A DNA stretch of 62,484 bases, counting the filler, from Choristocarpus tenellus KU-1152 (taxonomy: Eukaryota; Protista; Phaeophyceae): the NCBI GenBank assembly GCA_964200185.2. It is 11 parts of 11 records of this genome, joined end to end, with 100 filler letters (N's around TTAATTAATTAA, not from the genome) between each part and the next. Parts side by side here need not be neighbours in the genome. Positions count along the whole stretch, not along the records: positions 8,069 to 15,400 come from CAXNAD020006320.1; positions 15,501 to 19,737 come from CAXNAD020015547.1; positions 19,838 to 27,359 come from CAXNAD020006028.1; 8 more parts are not named here. One strand, written 5' to 3'. Both the position numbers and the translations under genes were made by a program. How positions within the stretch are numbered: position 1 is the first letter of the stretch; each line of letters starts with the position of its first letter. The notes beneath the pieces are model-generated. The model was given only the letters and a program-made list of their open reading frames with translations, had not been told where the DNA came from and did no database searches. Shown here piece after piece: positions 12,126 to 23,700 of this stretch.

Positions 12126-13256
12126 CACATATCAGTTATGTACTGGACTTCTGAATAATCAAAAACAGATTTCTGTGACAAGAGGTATAGCGTGGATGGG
12201 TTTCGAACCAACTGAAATAAAATTTTCATGCGTATTGTAGTTTGTTATTGATGCCCTAATCTCGCAGAATTTCATGCGTATGCGCGCGCTCTATTGGCAT
12301 TTTAATGCCGATATAGAACACTATGTTATTGTCCTAATGTACACCCCATTCTGTTGTTTTGGTGACTAATCCATCGGAATATATATGATAAATATTCTTG
12401 TAGATTCGAAATAGTCAAGAAAATAATGTGTTCCTATTCTGAAAAAATGGTAAATTATAAGATCAAAACAACTATCATCCTTCCAAAACATCACATTCAA
12501 AGACGAAAAAACAGAATCCAGTTCTTGAAAAAATCTTGCCCTTCAAGTTCATTCTTTTCTCTATACTACAGATATAAAAGAGTTTTCGAATAGAAAACAG
12601 AAATGCTTGACCACTGAAAAAATCTTGTCCTCTAAATTCATTCTTTTCTCTATACTGCAGATATCAATGAATTTTCAACAAGTAGCAAGTGTTTCTGAAC
12701 TATTTCTAAAGCATGAAAAATATTCGTTGGTATCTAGAATATAAACTAAACAATGAATTTTCAGAATGAAGAGTTTTCAAGAACTGGAGCAGATCTTTTC
12801 GTTCGTCAAAGGCTATCTTTTCGGATTGTATTATTTTTTAAGCAATGAGTTTTTTTGCAATTGGAACACAATATATTGTTGATCGTTTCTAACATAGTAC
12901 AACTACTTGATAGTTGTAACTTTGGTCAGTGTTTTCAGGAGTGAATGGAATATCGAACAATAGGCGTGAGACTGGCGCCCCTACCTGAACGAAAATTTCG
13001 GATAAATGGGGCAGTTTGGCAAGGGCTCCCAAATGGGGTGGAGCGTGCCCTAGTGGACATAAGGTCAAGGAATGAGTATGGCGAATGGACGATTAGTCTA
13101 GATGGAAGAAACGTCTTCAACAACAGTGTACGCTGCTCGGCCTTCATTGAGGCTCCCCCTGAAACCCTACCAGGAATCCTACCTTACTTGTCCAAGTTAT
13201 ATGGGGACATCCATGATCTTCTTTCCCCCCTGGATGAGGGAGGGATGAAGATAATA

Positions 13257-13705
13257 TGTTACAGGCCCCCCTCAATGCTCACCTTTCTAGGATGTACAAG
13301 TCAAGTCCAATTCACAGATTATCGAACGTCAGCTCAGCAGAACAGGGGTACTCTCAATTGAATCAATCAGTGTAAAGTGTATATATAGTTTGGCATCAGA
13401 TTTGAGAGTGAGACATATGTGGGCCTTGTTAGGTCAGAAGAACTGATCTGATTTAAGCCGTTTTTTGGATCTCTAATCATTATTTGCCGTGGGGGGATTG
13501 ATCGGGTTTGCAAATACTGATATGTATCTGAGAGCCCTTTCCAACCATCCATCCATGACCCTCTGCAACTACCCGAGTTACAGTTTATTCTGCAACTTTT
13601 AGGTAGATCGGAGTTCCCCCTTTTGGGGTTCCCCACGCGTGTATACTTGCTCGCGCCAGTTAAAGCGTGGGAAGAAATACTCGGTCGCGCTATTCGCCTG
13701 TAACA
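13257..13705. mobile_element. Solo LTR inserted in the CRE RT, TSD AATA
   Basis: TGTTACAGG...CCTGTAACA termini; removal restores MKIISSRSGAQQGD in the RT. Confidence 0.85.
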
Positions 13706-14291
13706 AATATCATCAAGGTCAGGGGCACAACAAGGGGACTGGACCCCCTTGGCCTCTTCTATATTGCATGGCAACCACCAAAGCCCTACACTGGGTCCAG
13801 TCTATCTTCGGACTCCGGTGGGTCTCCTCCCCAAGTTTTCTGGATGGCACATCCATTTCTGCAAGGGAGATTAACTGCACCACAATAACTGCTTTCGAAC
13901 AGCTGAAAACTGATGTACATGAGGTACGCATCACCCTCAACATGGACAAGACATTTGCTACACCTCCCCAGGGCCACCAGTCCACGCCCTCAGAACTAGA
14001 ACTTCTGGCCACAGTGGGAATCAACCTGGCCCCGGACCCAAATGGTCTTGATACACTGGTGGGAACAGATGCATTCACCTAAGTCCACATGGCTGAGGTG
14101 ATCAAGAGCTCAGGGTAATGAATGCTGGCCATGCAACTGACTTCTTCAAAGGGGTGTGTGAAAATGGGTACCTTCGCATGGAAACATACCAACAAGTACA
14201 GGCATGGATGCCCACAAGTTTGGGGTGGTTGGGCCTATCCTCCATGAAACATCGCTAGCATGCACCCTTTCTAGGATCACTGGTGGCCACT

Positions 14292-14450
14292 GGCCTAAAG
14301 TATCTGGGGGGGGTGGCGGCTGTGCAATTGGTGTCAATTTTTTCATGTCGCGATTTTTGGGTGATTTAGTTGCATATGTTGAATGGATAATGTAAATGTA
14401 CTTTTCCTGATTTTGGTCCAAATTGGCCAAGGCTTCGTAGCCTGGGGGGA
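14292..14450. mobile_element. MITE subfamily A (degenerate right end) inside the CRE element
   Basis: GGCCTAAAGTATCTGGGGGGG...CATGTCGCGATTTTTGGGTGATTTAGTTGCAT. Confidence 0.75.
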
Positions 14451-15500
14451 TCAACAACCCCTACACCCACTCCAGAGGTCCACACTCTAGCAGCCCATGA
14501 TACGAGGATCACAAGGAAGGCACAACATGAAGTCACCTGCATCCTGAATAGGATCCGGTTTGAATCTTTCCGGACGCAATTGGCCAACCTACCAGATGAT
14601 AAAGAACAAGGGAGTGAAAGTTCTTCGCCAGCCCTGGCCCGCCACTGGAGGCAGTGTCGATAGAGGTCAAATGAATGGGCCTCCACACAACTCCTCAAAC
14701 CAGCACGCCAGATTCCTCTCATAGAGTTTTGACTCACTGCTATCAGATACCGATGGAGGGAGGAGGCCCTATCGAACAGGTGTTCAGTGGCAGGGTGCAG
14801 GAGGCAAAATGTTGACACCCAACATGCTCATACCTACCCTAGGGCAGGGGGACAGATATGCCAACATATACCAAGAGTGAAGCGTTTAGGTCAACTCTGC
14901 AAAGGAATAGGCATACCTTGCACTACGGAGGATGGTAGCCCATTCACAGTGGACCGGAATTTCCGCATGGATGTTTTTTTCCATGCTGGGGCATTTGCAG
15001 ACACTGGATCAGCCCCCTACTAGGACAAAGGCCTCCTCCTGGATGGTACGTTTGCAGAGGTGTAACCAGCCTCCCATCTGCCCCATTCATCCACCAGCAA
15101 TGATGTTGCTACTATTGCAGCTGAGGCGTAGGAGTGCACCCACTACGAGGGTTCTTTGACCCTAGTAGTTTTTCACCTCAACACCTTCACAGTGGAAAGT
15201 TTTGGCTGCCTCAGTAAGCAAGCAGAAAGTTTTCTGGATGAGTTGTCTACGCATGTGGTAGGGGGGAGAGGGGCGAGAGGTTACAGCAGGAAGGGAGCTG
15301 TCAAATCCCGTTTACGACCGAAAGTGTATGTCACAACACAAGTGGTTCTGTCAAGGCGTGGCATGCGTTTTAAGCTGGAGGCACAAGGGAGATGGGCAAG
15401 NNNNNNNNNNNNNNNNNNNNNNNNNNNNNNNNNNNNNNNNNNNNTTAATTAATTAANNNNNNNNNNNNNNNNNNNNNNNNNNNNNNNNNNNNNNNNNNNN

Positions 15501-15650
15501 TATTGACATTATATGATGATCGACCTCTTTGTACGAATATCTCAGTCATGCCCAAGATATGGTTTGTTGCGATCTGCCCCTCTCCCCCACCCTGTCAGAT
15601 ATGCCGATCTACATTTAACTATTTTCTCGGGCAAGTTGTTGGACTTGTCA
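15501..15650. repeat. ~150-bp LTR-like terminal fragment; inverted copy at 17634-17788
   Basis: The two copies are highly similar on opposite strands; terminus TGTTACAAGACC. Confidence 0.75.
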
Positions 15651-15726
15651 TGGTGTTTTTGGGCAACAGGCGGTCTTGGGCAGTGAGAAGGTCTAGGAGT
15701 GATGAAATTCGAAGCCGGGCGTATGA

Positions 15727-16080
15727 ACTTTGTTTGAGCTCTGCGCTATCCGTCGGACCACCCTGAAATCCATGATCCTGAAAATCCATACATTACGGTT
15801 TTAGGAAGTTGTAAATCCTATTATATCCGTACTTACAAATTGTTTAAAATACAAAGCACTTAGGTCATTGATCTGGTAAGTTTCCAACGTTCCGAAACCA
15901 ACTTTGTTTGAACACTGGGCTATCCGTGGGACCACCCTGAGATCCATGATCCTGAAAAACCGTGTATTACGTTTATAGTAAGTTGTAAATCCGATTATAT
16001 CTGTACTTACAAATTGTTTAAAATACAAAGCACATACTTCATTCATCTTGTATATCTCCAATGTTCAGTAACCAAAACGT
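15727..16080. repeat. Two tandem ~174-bp units (transposon subterminal array)
   Basis: ACTTTGTTTGA..CT...GCTATCCGT.GGACCACCCTGA recurs at 15727 and 15901; each unit contains a CAxxxxxTCATT.ATCT.GTA...TTCCAA.GTTC motif resembling the inner part of the MITE TIR. Confidence 0.85.
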
Positions 16081-16434
16081 CAAAAACAACTCTAACCCTC
16101 TACATATTTGAAGTACAAAATCTTACCAAATCGGACATATCGATTGTCATAAACTTTAGAGTCGATAAGAAGTTCTTTGGTTAAAAGTGATCAGCGCTAA
16201 TCACGAATACCCAAAGATCCATTTTACACATGCGTTAGGGTTTTTTTAAATAGTAAATCCAGTAATAACACTTCTTAGGGTTTTAAAAAATACCAAGAAC
16301 GCACTTTATGGGTCTCACACGTTTCCAATTTTCAGAAACTAAAAGAAGTACAAAAAAGCGGATCTATGGTATTCAAGATTAGCGCTGATCTTGATAACCG
16401 TTGAACACCCAAAACACATGCGTTAGGGTTTTTA

Positions 16435-16897
16435 CAATCTTTACATCAACAAATACAGATACAAACCACATCCTTCATTGATCTAATGCGTTTGAAACAT
16501 ACGAAACGAAAAGATCACAAAAAACTGTTACTCTCTGTCTCTTTCCAATATAAAATCGTATGCTGTTCGATATTCGTATTTTTTATAGCACAATTGTCAA
16601 GGGAAAGACAAATCTGAGTTTTGAGGATCGACCGACCAGATGGAACAAAGCAGCACCTAAAAATAATAATATTCTAATCTTTACATCAACAAATACAATT
16701 ACAAACCACATCCTTCATTGATCAATACGTTTGAAAGGTCCGAGACGAAAAGGTCACAAAAACTGTTACTCTCTTTCTCTTTCCAATATAAATCGTATAC
16801 TGTTCGATATTCGCAATTTTTATAACACAATTGTCAAGGGAAAGACAAATCTGAGTTTTGAGGACCCAATGACCAGATTAAATAAAGCAGCACCTCC
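16435..16897. repeat. Two tandem 240-bp units, homologous to the interior of the MITE at 22295-22466
   Basis: AATCTTTACATCAACAAATACA.ATACAAACCACATCCTTCATTGATC recurs with a 240-bp period and again near 22300. Confidence 0.9.
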
Positions 16898-16998
16898 CAT
16901 CCCTCAGTCCTCATTTCAATTCATTCCCTTCAGTACATACCACGCGCACCGGTTATTTACCGATCCCCGCACACCCTCCCTACCTTCCCCTTGTCAAG

Positions 16999-17429
16999 CA
17001 TTCGCTCAACAACAACCCACCCGCCCGCTGATGGCGCTGCCCAGGGATCGAGAACGTGGGACAGCGATCTGAAGGGCATGTCCTCGCTCCTAGAGCATCA
17101 CTGCCTCTATACGTACTGGATGAAACTCGGTAACACCACATGCACGGAGATGGTGCGTCCACTGAGCGAGCGTGGCCTTGCGCGCGTCAGCAAGTCTATT
17201 CACGAGAAAGCCTGGCCGGAGCAGTTTGCTCCATCTGTGGTAATCCAGCGAGACTCTTTAGGTAATGGGGACCAGCTCACCGTCAATACCGTGCTTGCCA
17301 TTCAAGGATGTACACTGGACGGAAACCATAGAATAATGGTGCTGAAGAGAGAGTTTGATCCCGAACGTGCTTTCATGATGCGGATATACATGGAGTTCAA
17401 CCAAGCAGAAGAGAGGCTAATTGCCAACG
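16999..17429 (+). CDS. ParB/Sulfiredoxin-like N-terminal domain exon (DGNHR)
   Basis: Stop-free frame between a polypyrimidine-AAG acceptor and an ACG|GTGGGT donor: VRPLSERGLARVSKSIHEKAW..FAPSVVI...LDGNHRIMVLK...EERLIAN. This parallels ParB R..s...l.eLa.SI...G.l.PivV...iDG.hR..A...ali.N. Confidence 0.65.
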
Positions 17430-17633
17430 GTGGGTGATGGAGTGTTGTCGTTATTCCATGATCGCTTGATGACTCTTCTGATCTACCAAGTTGTTACCGA
17501 GTTTCCTTTGTTTGGTTCATCGTCAGTCAGCCAATTGTTGATCTTTTCGCTGTTGATCTTTTTTATCCCTTGTGGTCTTTCTGTCCCATAACCGGTTCCC
17601 ACCTACCCCTTGCCCCGTTCGCCCACTGCGATG

Positions 17634-17788
17634 TGTTACAAGACCAACAACTTGCCCGAGAAAATAGATAAATGCAGATCGGCATATCTGACAGGGTGGG
17701 GGGGAGGGGAGGCAGATCGCAACAAACGATATCTCGGGCACGGCTGAGATATTCGTACAAAGAGGTCGATCATCATATAATGTCAATA
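17634..17788. repeat. LTR-like terminal fragment, inverted relative to 15501-15650
   Basis: Direct sequence comparison; begins TGTTACA. Confidence 0.75.
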
Positions 17789-17799
17789 CTTATATGCTC

Positions 17800-18090
17800 A
17801 GTGGTAGCTTCTGTCAGAATAGTATTATCATCACCATCCAACAAAGTGGACCTGCACCTTCGACACAAATGGAAGCTGGAGGCTAAGGAGACATGAGATA
17901 TGGTACGATCAATAACAAGCAAGAACTGGAGGTCAAGAAGATACTTTGGGTACCTGGTATGCCATGCCGAATATTGAGCATTGGGAACCTGGGACAAGAT
18001 GACGGAGTTAATCGAGGCAATGCAGCGGAAGTGGCAATCCTGAGCATGAGCCTGAGCCTGAGCCGGAGCCTGAGCCTGAGCCTGAGCCCA

Positions 18091-18130
<40 letters not shown>

Positions 18131-19504
18131 ACAAGAATCTGCCTATGGACCTAGAGCAGTCGTCACAACACTTGTCCCTGAAGGAGGCACGCCCATCGGT
18201 TGGAGACCCCAAGATTCTTGCTTACGGAATGAGAAAAGCAATTGCTCTATCTGCCACTAGGGGAGCAGGACATTAGCAGGAGCAGTAACTAAGCCTCCAC
18301 CAGAAAGGAAAGGAGGAGCTAACCGTGGAGAGCCTGGGAGCACTCTAGTCGCTGGGACCATAAACTCATGGAAGAGAACACAGAAGGTCAGCGGATGAGG
18401 CGACCAAGGTACAACTGGTCAACGTACAGACCATATTACAACAAGATCCCCTACCAGAGACAAGATCAGGACCAACAGAAGATGTTTAATCTGTGGACTG
18501 ATCAAGCCTATTGGTCCTTGTTCTTTTGAAGGAATATGCTACAACTGTGGAGGTAAAGGAAACCTTCAGGTCGATTGTCGCCAGAGGAGAGCGACACCGT
18601 CTTAACAGGCGGAGGAATTAGCTGGACCAGGGTTGGAGCTAGAAAAGAAAACCAGGGGAAGCTTGTCAGCAAAGGACTGCCTGTACAAGACTTGTCTAGG
18701 AAGTAAATAAGATCTACTCCAGACCATCAAGAACCGTCTTCCATATCAGAGGCACCCTGGCGAGGAAGGTTGTTAGCAAAGAACTTCACTCAACAAGAGG
18801 ATGTACAAGACATTCAATTATGATAGGCTTCAAGTCTGGGGGAGTGAGTGCTACGTCCAACAAGAGAAATAGCAAAAGGGGGCTGGTTCAATTTTTTAAC
18901 CATAAACTAAGCGAGGGGTCATCATGGGACACGATTGTACATCACTGTGTTGACTAGACTAATGACGTATGTTTGAGTTCAAGCAATCAGTGTTCTTTAA
19001 GTGCGTTGAAAAGATAAATGTGATGTGTGTGAGAATTGAACCAATCTGACGTCTTTTAATTCCATTTTTCATGGGGAAGTGTGCAGAATGGGAGTGAGCA
19101 CAATAATATGTTTTAGGTTTGAGAGTTCCAGCAACTCTTTCATTGCCTGCACTCTCATGGGGGAGTGTGCAAAATAGGAAAATAGTGAGGTGTACCTTAT
19201 TCTGTGTATGAGAGAAAGTCATTTTGATTAAGTCCATGTGATGTAACTAATGAGAAAGTACATCAGAATTATGAATGGAATATGATAGGTTTTGTTGATT
19301 TGAATTCAACTACTTTGATTTAATTGTTGACTTCTGTAGGAAGCACAAATAATAATAAAAACAGCAATGAGAAGAGACCCCACAAAGGTCACTCTTCTAA
19401 TTTCAACCATGTAATCACGTTCAGCAAAGGGGGTCGTGTGAGGCTTCACACCTTCTAATCTTCACTACTAACAAATAGCATTACCTCCCAAAGTAATTTG
19501 CACA
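17800..19504 (+). mobile_element. Internally deleted Ty1/copia remnant with 3' LTR (19166-19504)
   Basis: Zinc knuckle FEGICYNCGGKGNLQVDCR (~18525); integrase C-terminal DRLQVWGSECYV...KTKRGVIMGHD (~18820-18935); PPT GGGGGAG immediately before LTR TGTGCAAAAT...ATTTGCACA. 5' boundary approximate. Confidence 0.8.
18039..18130. repeat. (CCTGAG)n microsatellite
   Basis: About 15 hexamer units with a few variants. Confidence 0.95.
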
Positions 19505-19837
19505 GCTTCTTCTACTACTTGGCGACGATAGCAATAATTGATAAACAATTTAATAATATGGGAAAATATCACCTCTTCTTCTCAGTCAGTCAACCATCCA
19601 TAATAACGAATAAATGCCGCCCCGAAAAAAACTACTTCGAAGTACGATTTTTTTCTACCGCCTCCACCATCGACAGTCAAACGACTCCACCGACCGCACT
19701 AATTATTCAAGCAAGCCATCCAACGCAGGGCATACATNNNNNNNNNNNNNNNNNNNNNNNNNNNNNNNNNNNNNNNNNNNNTTAATTAATTAANNNNNNN
19801 NNNNNNNNNNNNNNNNNNNNNNNNNNNNNNNNNNNNN

Positions 19838-19985
19838 GTCTACACCAGGGTGTCCATTCGGGTCCTGACCAGGAGAAGTGCACTTACATTATCCATCCGA
19901 CACATGCAACCAAATCACCCAAAAATCACGACATAGAAAATGGGTCCCGAATGGACAGCCGCCACCCTCCCCCAGATACTTGGAG
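19838..19985. mobile_element. MITE subfamily A, truncated by gap
   Basis: Matches 7257-7411; ends CCCCCAGATACTTGG. Confidence 0.8.
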
Positions 19986-20758
19986 ACATAGAGACATTGA
20001 AGGATATCCTAATGTCCGACTTTCGGGAACCTCAAGACAGGCCTCATCACGCTGGGAACACCAAGTGCAGAGGAGAAAACAGTGCCAAACTGCTACAGAA
20101 AAATAGTTGCCGAGGGAGAAAGGGTGTGAACCAAGCCAAGCATCCCCAAGGGATACTACTCCATGCATGGCGCCGTTTGCAAAGCAAAGGCAAGTGTCCC
20201 CAAACAATGCCTCTGGGTGGCATTGTGGAAAAGTGAAGAGACAACACAGATCACTGGACGCAAATGGGTGGATATTTGTAATATTGCTATTGTCAAACAC
20301 ACACACCCTTCCCTTCTTGCCCTAACCCCAACTTCTATCTGAGGTCCAACCGTAATTTAAAGGTTTAATTCGCGTTGATTTCACACATCAGTATGTTTTA
20401 ACCGAAATTTGGAAAAAAAAAACACATGGGAAAAAATATGTCCCAAAGGTTGCCGTTAACTCAATGTACGTCCTAGAATGCAGAGTGACGGACTATTTGT
20501 CTGTCTAACCGCTGTAACACTTGATAAATCTATCAACTATTGATATCTCGATAAATCTCGATCAGTCCAGTGATTTGACCATGTCCTTGTTGAGATACTA
20601 CTGGAGTTGATTTTGTGTCAAAAAAATGTTATAGGAAAATCTGTCCATTTTTTCAAGTCTAAATTTTGTGGGGTTGGTCGTGTGCTGGAAAAACAGGTAA
20701 GGGGATCAAGGACTTCAACCCTTCATCTGTTGAGGTAGGCAACAGAAAAAGCCGAAGA

Positions 20759-23700
20759 TCAATACTCATCGTTCCCCAGGAGCAGTTCTTCTTTAAGCAT
20801 GAGGAACAAACACAAGTCCCCATTAACATACACGGGATCAAAAGAGTCGAAGAAGGCCAGCGCTAAACAGAATGCCAAAATGTTTGCATTGGCATACAAT
20901 GGGTTGACCTTGTCCCAGATGGGTGGAGGTAGAGATCATGGTAAGGGAGTGGGTAGGGAAGGCAAGGAAAGCCTGCTACCGATCTTTGCCAGGCCACTGT
21001 GCTGGCCGCGAAGGACAGCAAAGAAGCACAGGCGATTACCCTTGTCGCAAAAGCAGGACAAAGTGCAGTTAAAGTCAAGGTGGAATCGGTCAAGAACCAG
21101 GCACATACATGCCAGTAATTTTCAACTCCATCGAACATGCGATAAAAAAAGTCAGATAAGCTTGAAGCCAAGTGATACACTTCAGCAAGAGCCAGCAAAT
21201 CGCGAATGCAGGGAATGTCTTGCTTAGGAATAGAGAACTGTTGGTGCGACAAACTTAGTATATGTACATTTAAACAGCGATACAGTATGGTAGAATCTAC
21301 TGTTACACAAATTGTACAGTAGTACGGTAACAGTGACTTTTTTTTTGGGGGGGGGGAGGACAAGGTTTGTTGCAGCAATCAGACAACTTTCCACGAGTAT
21401 TTTGTGAAATTTGGACAGGATGGTACTAACCATAGAGTGAGTAAGTGAGAGGTACCCAGGTTTTGATCGTTTTGCACTTTAAGGCAGTTTTTCAATCTTA
21501 TATAATTCACCCATATTTCTATGGATGAAGCGGTAAGTTTGACTTGAGAGCATTGATTTCTCTGAAGTGTTCTAGGATCAGACCGATCTTGATTTTTTTG
21601 AAAACGTTGCCCAACAAGATAAATGACGATCAGCATGACGAATGAAACCTCTTGATCGAACCTATCGATTTCCGGGAAGAAATTCTTCCGCGAAGTTTTA
21701 ACCAAATATTTTCGGCACAACCTTGGAAATATTTCGTCGAAGAATTTCTTTGCGTAAATCGATAGCCTAGATCAAGAGCTTTAATTTGATATACTGATCG
21801 TCGATTAACTCGTTGGGAAAACTTTTCAAAATGTCAAGATTGGTCACCGCCAAAACGGTACGTGGGCGGGCCTCGGCTAAATACTGTTTAAGCCACTCAC
21901 AGGACACTGTGACGCCCAATTAATGAGCCTCGAGTTGTCGCCTGCCCTTCACACGACACTGTGAATTGAACCCGATAGAGATGGTACGTCTGGGGGCGGG
22001 CGAAGCACTTTGTACGAGGCCCTGTACACTAAATTTTGCCTGAAATAAGAGCCAACAGTCCTGTCAGTCTTAAGGAGGAAGGGGGGCTGTCCAGAGTAAT
22101 TGAACAGTGGAGTGTGTACTATTGAGGATGGTTTTGACCGAAAATGGTGCGGAAAAAGTGCCGATATGTTTTTTTTTGTAAATGTTGCGGCACTTTTTAA
22201 GGGCCCCTTTTTGAATGGGAATCCATGCCGAAGGTGGTAGTAGGACATACTTAATTGATCTTGTACGTTTCCAATGTTCCAAAAGTAGAATGATATTCTA
22301 ATCCTTACATCAACAAATACAGATACAAACCACATCCTTCATTGATCTAATATGTTTCAAAGGTACGAAACGAAAAGGTCACAAAAATTTTTACTCTCTG
22401 TCTCTTTTCAATATGTAATCGTATGCTGTTCGATATTCCTTTTTTCATATAATAACACAATTGTCTCAACAGAAAGAGAAATCGCCGAGACTCAAGAACC
22501 GTTTTTTGTCGTCTCTAGTATTTTTAGAGCCAAAGTATCAGAGGATAGAGCCGTGTCCATTTGGGGGTGAAAATATATGTTGTGATTTTGATGTAATTTT
22601 GGCTATCGTGTACCCTCTAAGATAGTTTCACTCTTTACGAATACAAATGTCCAACAATTTCATATTTTATATCTCAAAAAATTGGAGGGTGCCATTTTTT
22701 TTTTGACCTTTTGGTTTCTGGACATTGGAAATCATTAATTATCATCAATTAAGTATGTCCTACTAGCACGTTTGGCATGGATTCCCATTCAAAAAGGGGC
22801 CCTTAAAAAGTACCGCAACATTAAAAAAATAAACATATCGGTACTTTTTCCGCACCATTTTCGGTCAAAACCATCCTCAATTTTTAAAATCCACTGTTCG
22901 ATGTACCCACATAGACCTTGAAGAACCTCTCTTACTCAAACTGGAGTGACAGGAAGAGGGTCGCAAATTTGGTTTCCTTGGTAAGATTGCCTACCTATCA
23001 ATTTTCTGGCATGTTAATATGGACCTCATGGCACTGCGAATATTGGTGCGAACAGAGGGGTAAACAATGTCAGACTGCCAACAAACATCGCCTGGCAAGG
23101 AAGAAAGTGCAAATGGAGTGAACTACCTCGAGAAATGTACTTCTGCACCGTGCGTGGTATGAGGTACATGGTGAATATCACAATGGTCGTACTTGAAAGG
23201 AGAATATTCCCTAAGAAGTCGCCGTCTTGCTGTCGAGGGTGGTGGGGTAATGGCCAAAATTCTGTCTCTATTCTACTACAATCTGCTAGAGACGTTGCAC
23301 AGGTACAGTTGTCCTTTGTGCATTAAGTGAGTATGGTAGTGATTTCCCACATGTATGTCGCAAGTTCGAATCGCTTCGACGACGGACGTTTTTCACAGAA
23401 ATGGACTTCCATGATCCTGTTTCAAATGGGACACACAACGGATTCCATACACGTTGCACTATCCTGTCTATGGCTACACCAAAAAAACGATGCACCGAGA
23501 TCAAGGTAGAAACTTCGGGGCGGTGCAGTGCACAAGGGAACCTTCCTGCCTTCAGAAACCACATCTCTCTTTCACTGCTTTGCTTTTTTTTATAGACCTT
23601 GTCTTTTTTGTTCTCACAAGAATGGATTTGGATTTATCAATCAACATGATAATCCGTAGCAGTTGCGAATATCTAATCCAACAGACAATGAAGACACCCT

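Larger units (their letters stand above)
12950..15400 (+). mobile_element. Decayed CRE/NeSL-like non-LTR retrotransposon (RT, zinc finger and restriction-like endonuclease), interrupted by a solo LTR and a MITE
   Basis: RT motifs PNGVERA...WTISLDGRNVFN...PGILPYLSKLY, IISSRSGAQQGD...PLLYCMA, FLDGTSI...ITLNMDKT, GTDAF. Zn-finger relic CRRQNVDTQHAHTYPRAGGQICQH. RLE motifs RMDVFF...LLDGTFAEV...FTVESFGCLSKQAESFLDEL. Several stops and frameshifts. Confidence 0.85.

Noticed and set aside
15727-16897. Repeat arrays as a CRISPR locus
   Set aside because: Units are 174-240 bp tandem duplications with no unique spacers and no cas genes.
17773-18276. ORFs with AQAQ/LRLR/SLSL runs
   Set aside because: Translations of the (CCTGAG)n microsatellite.
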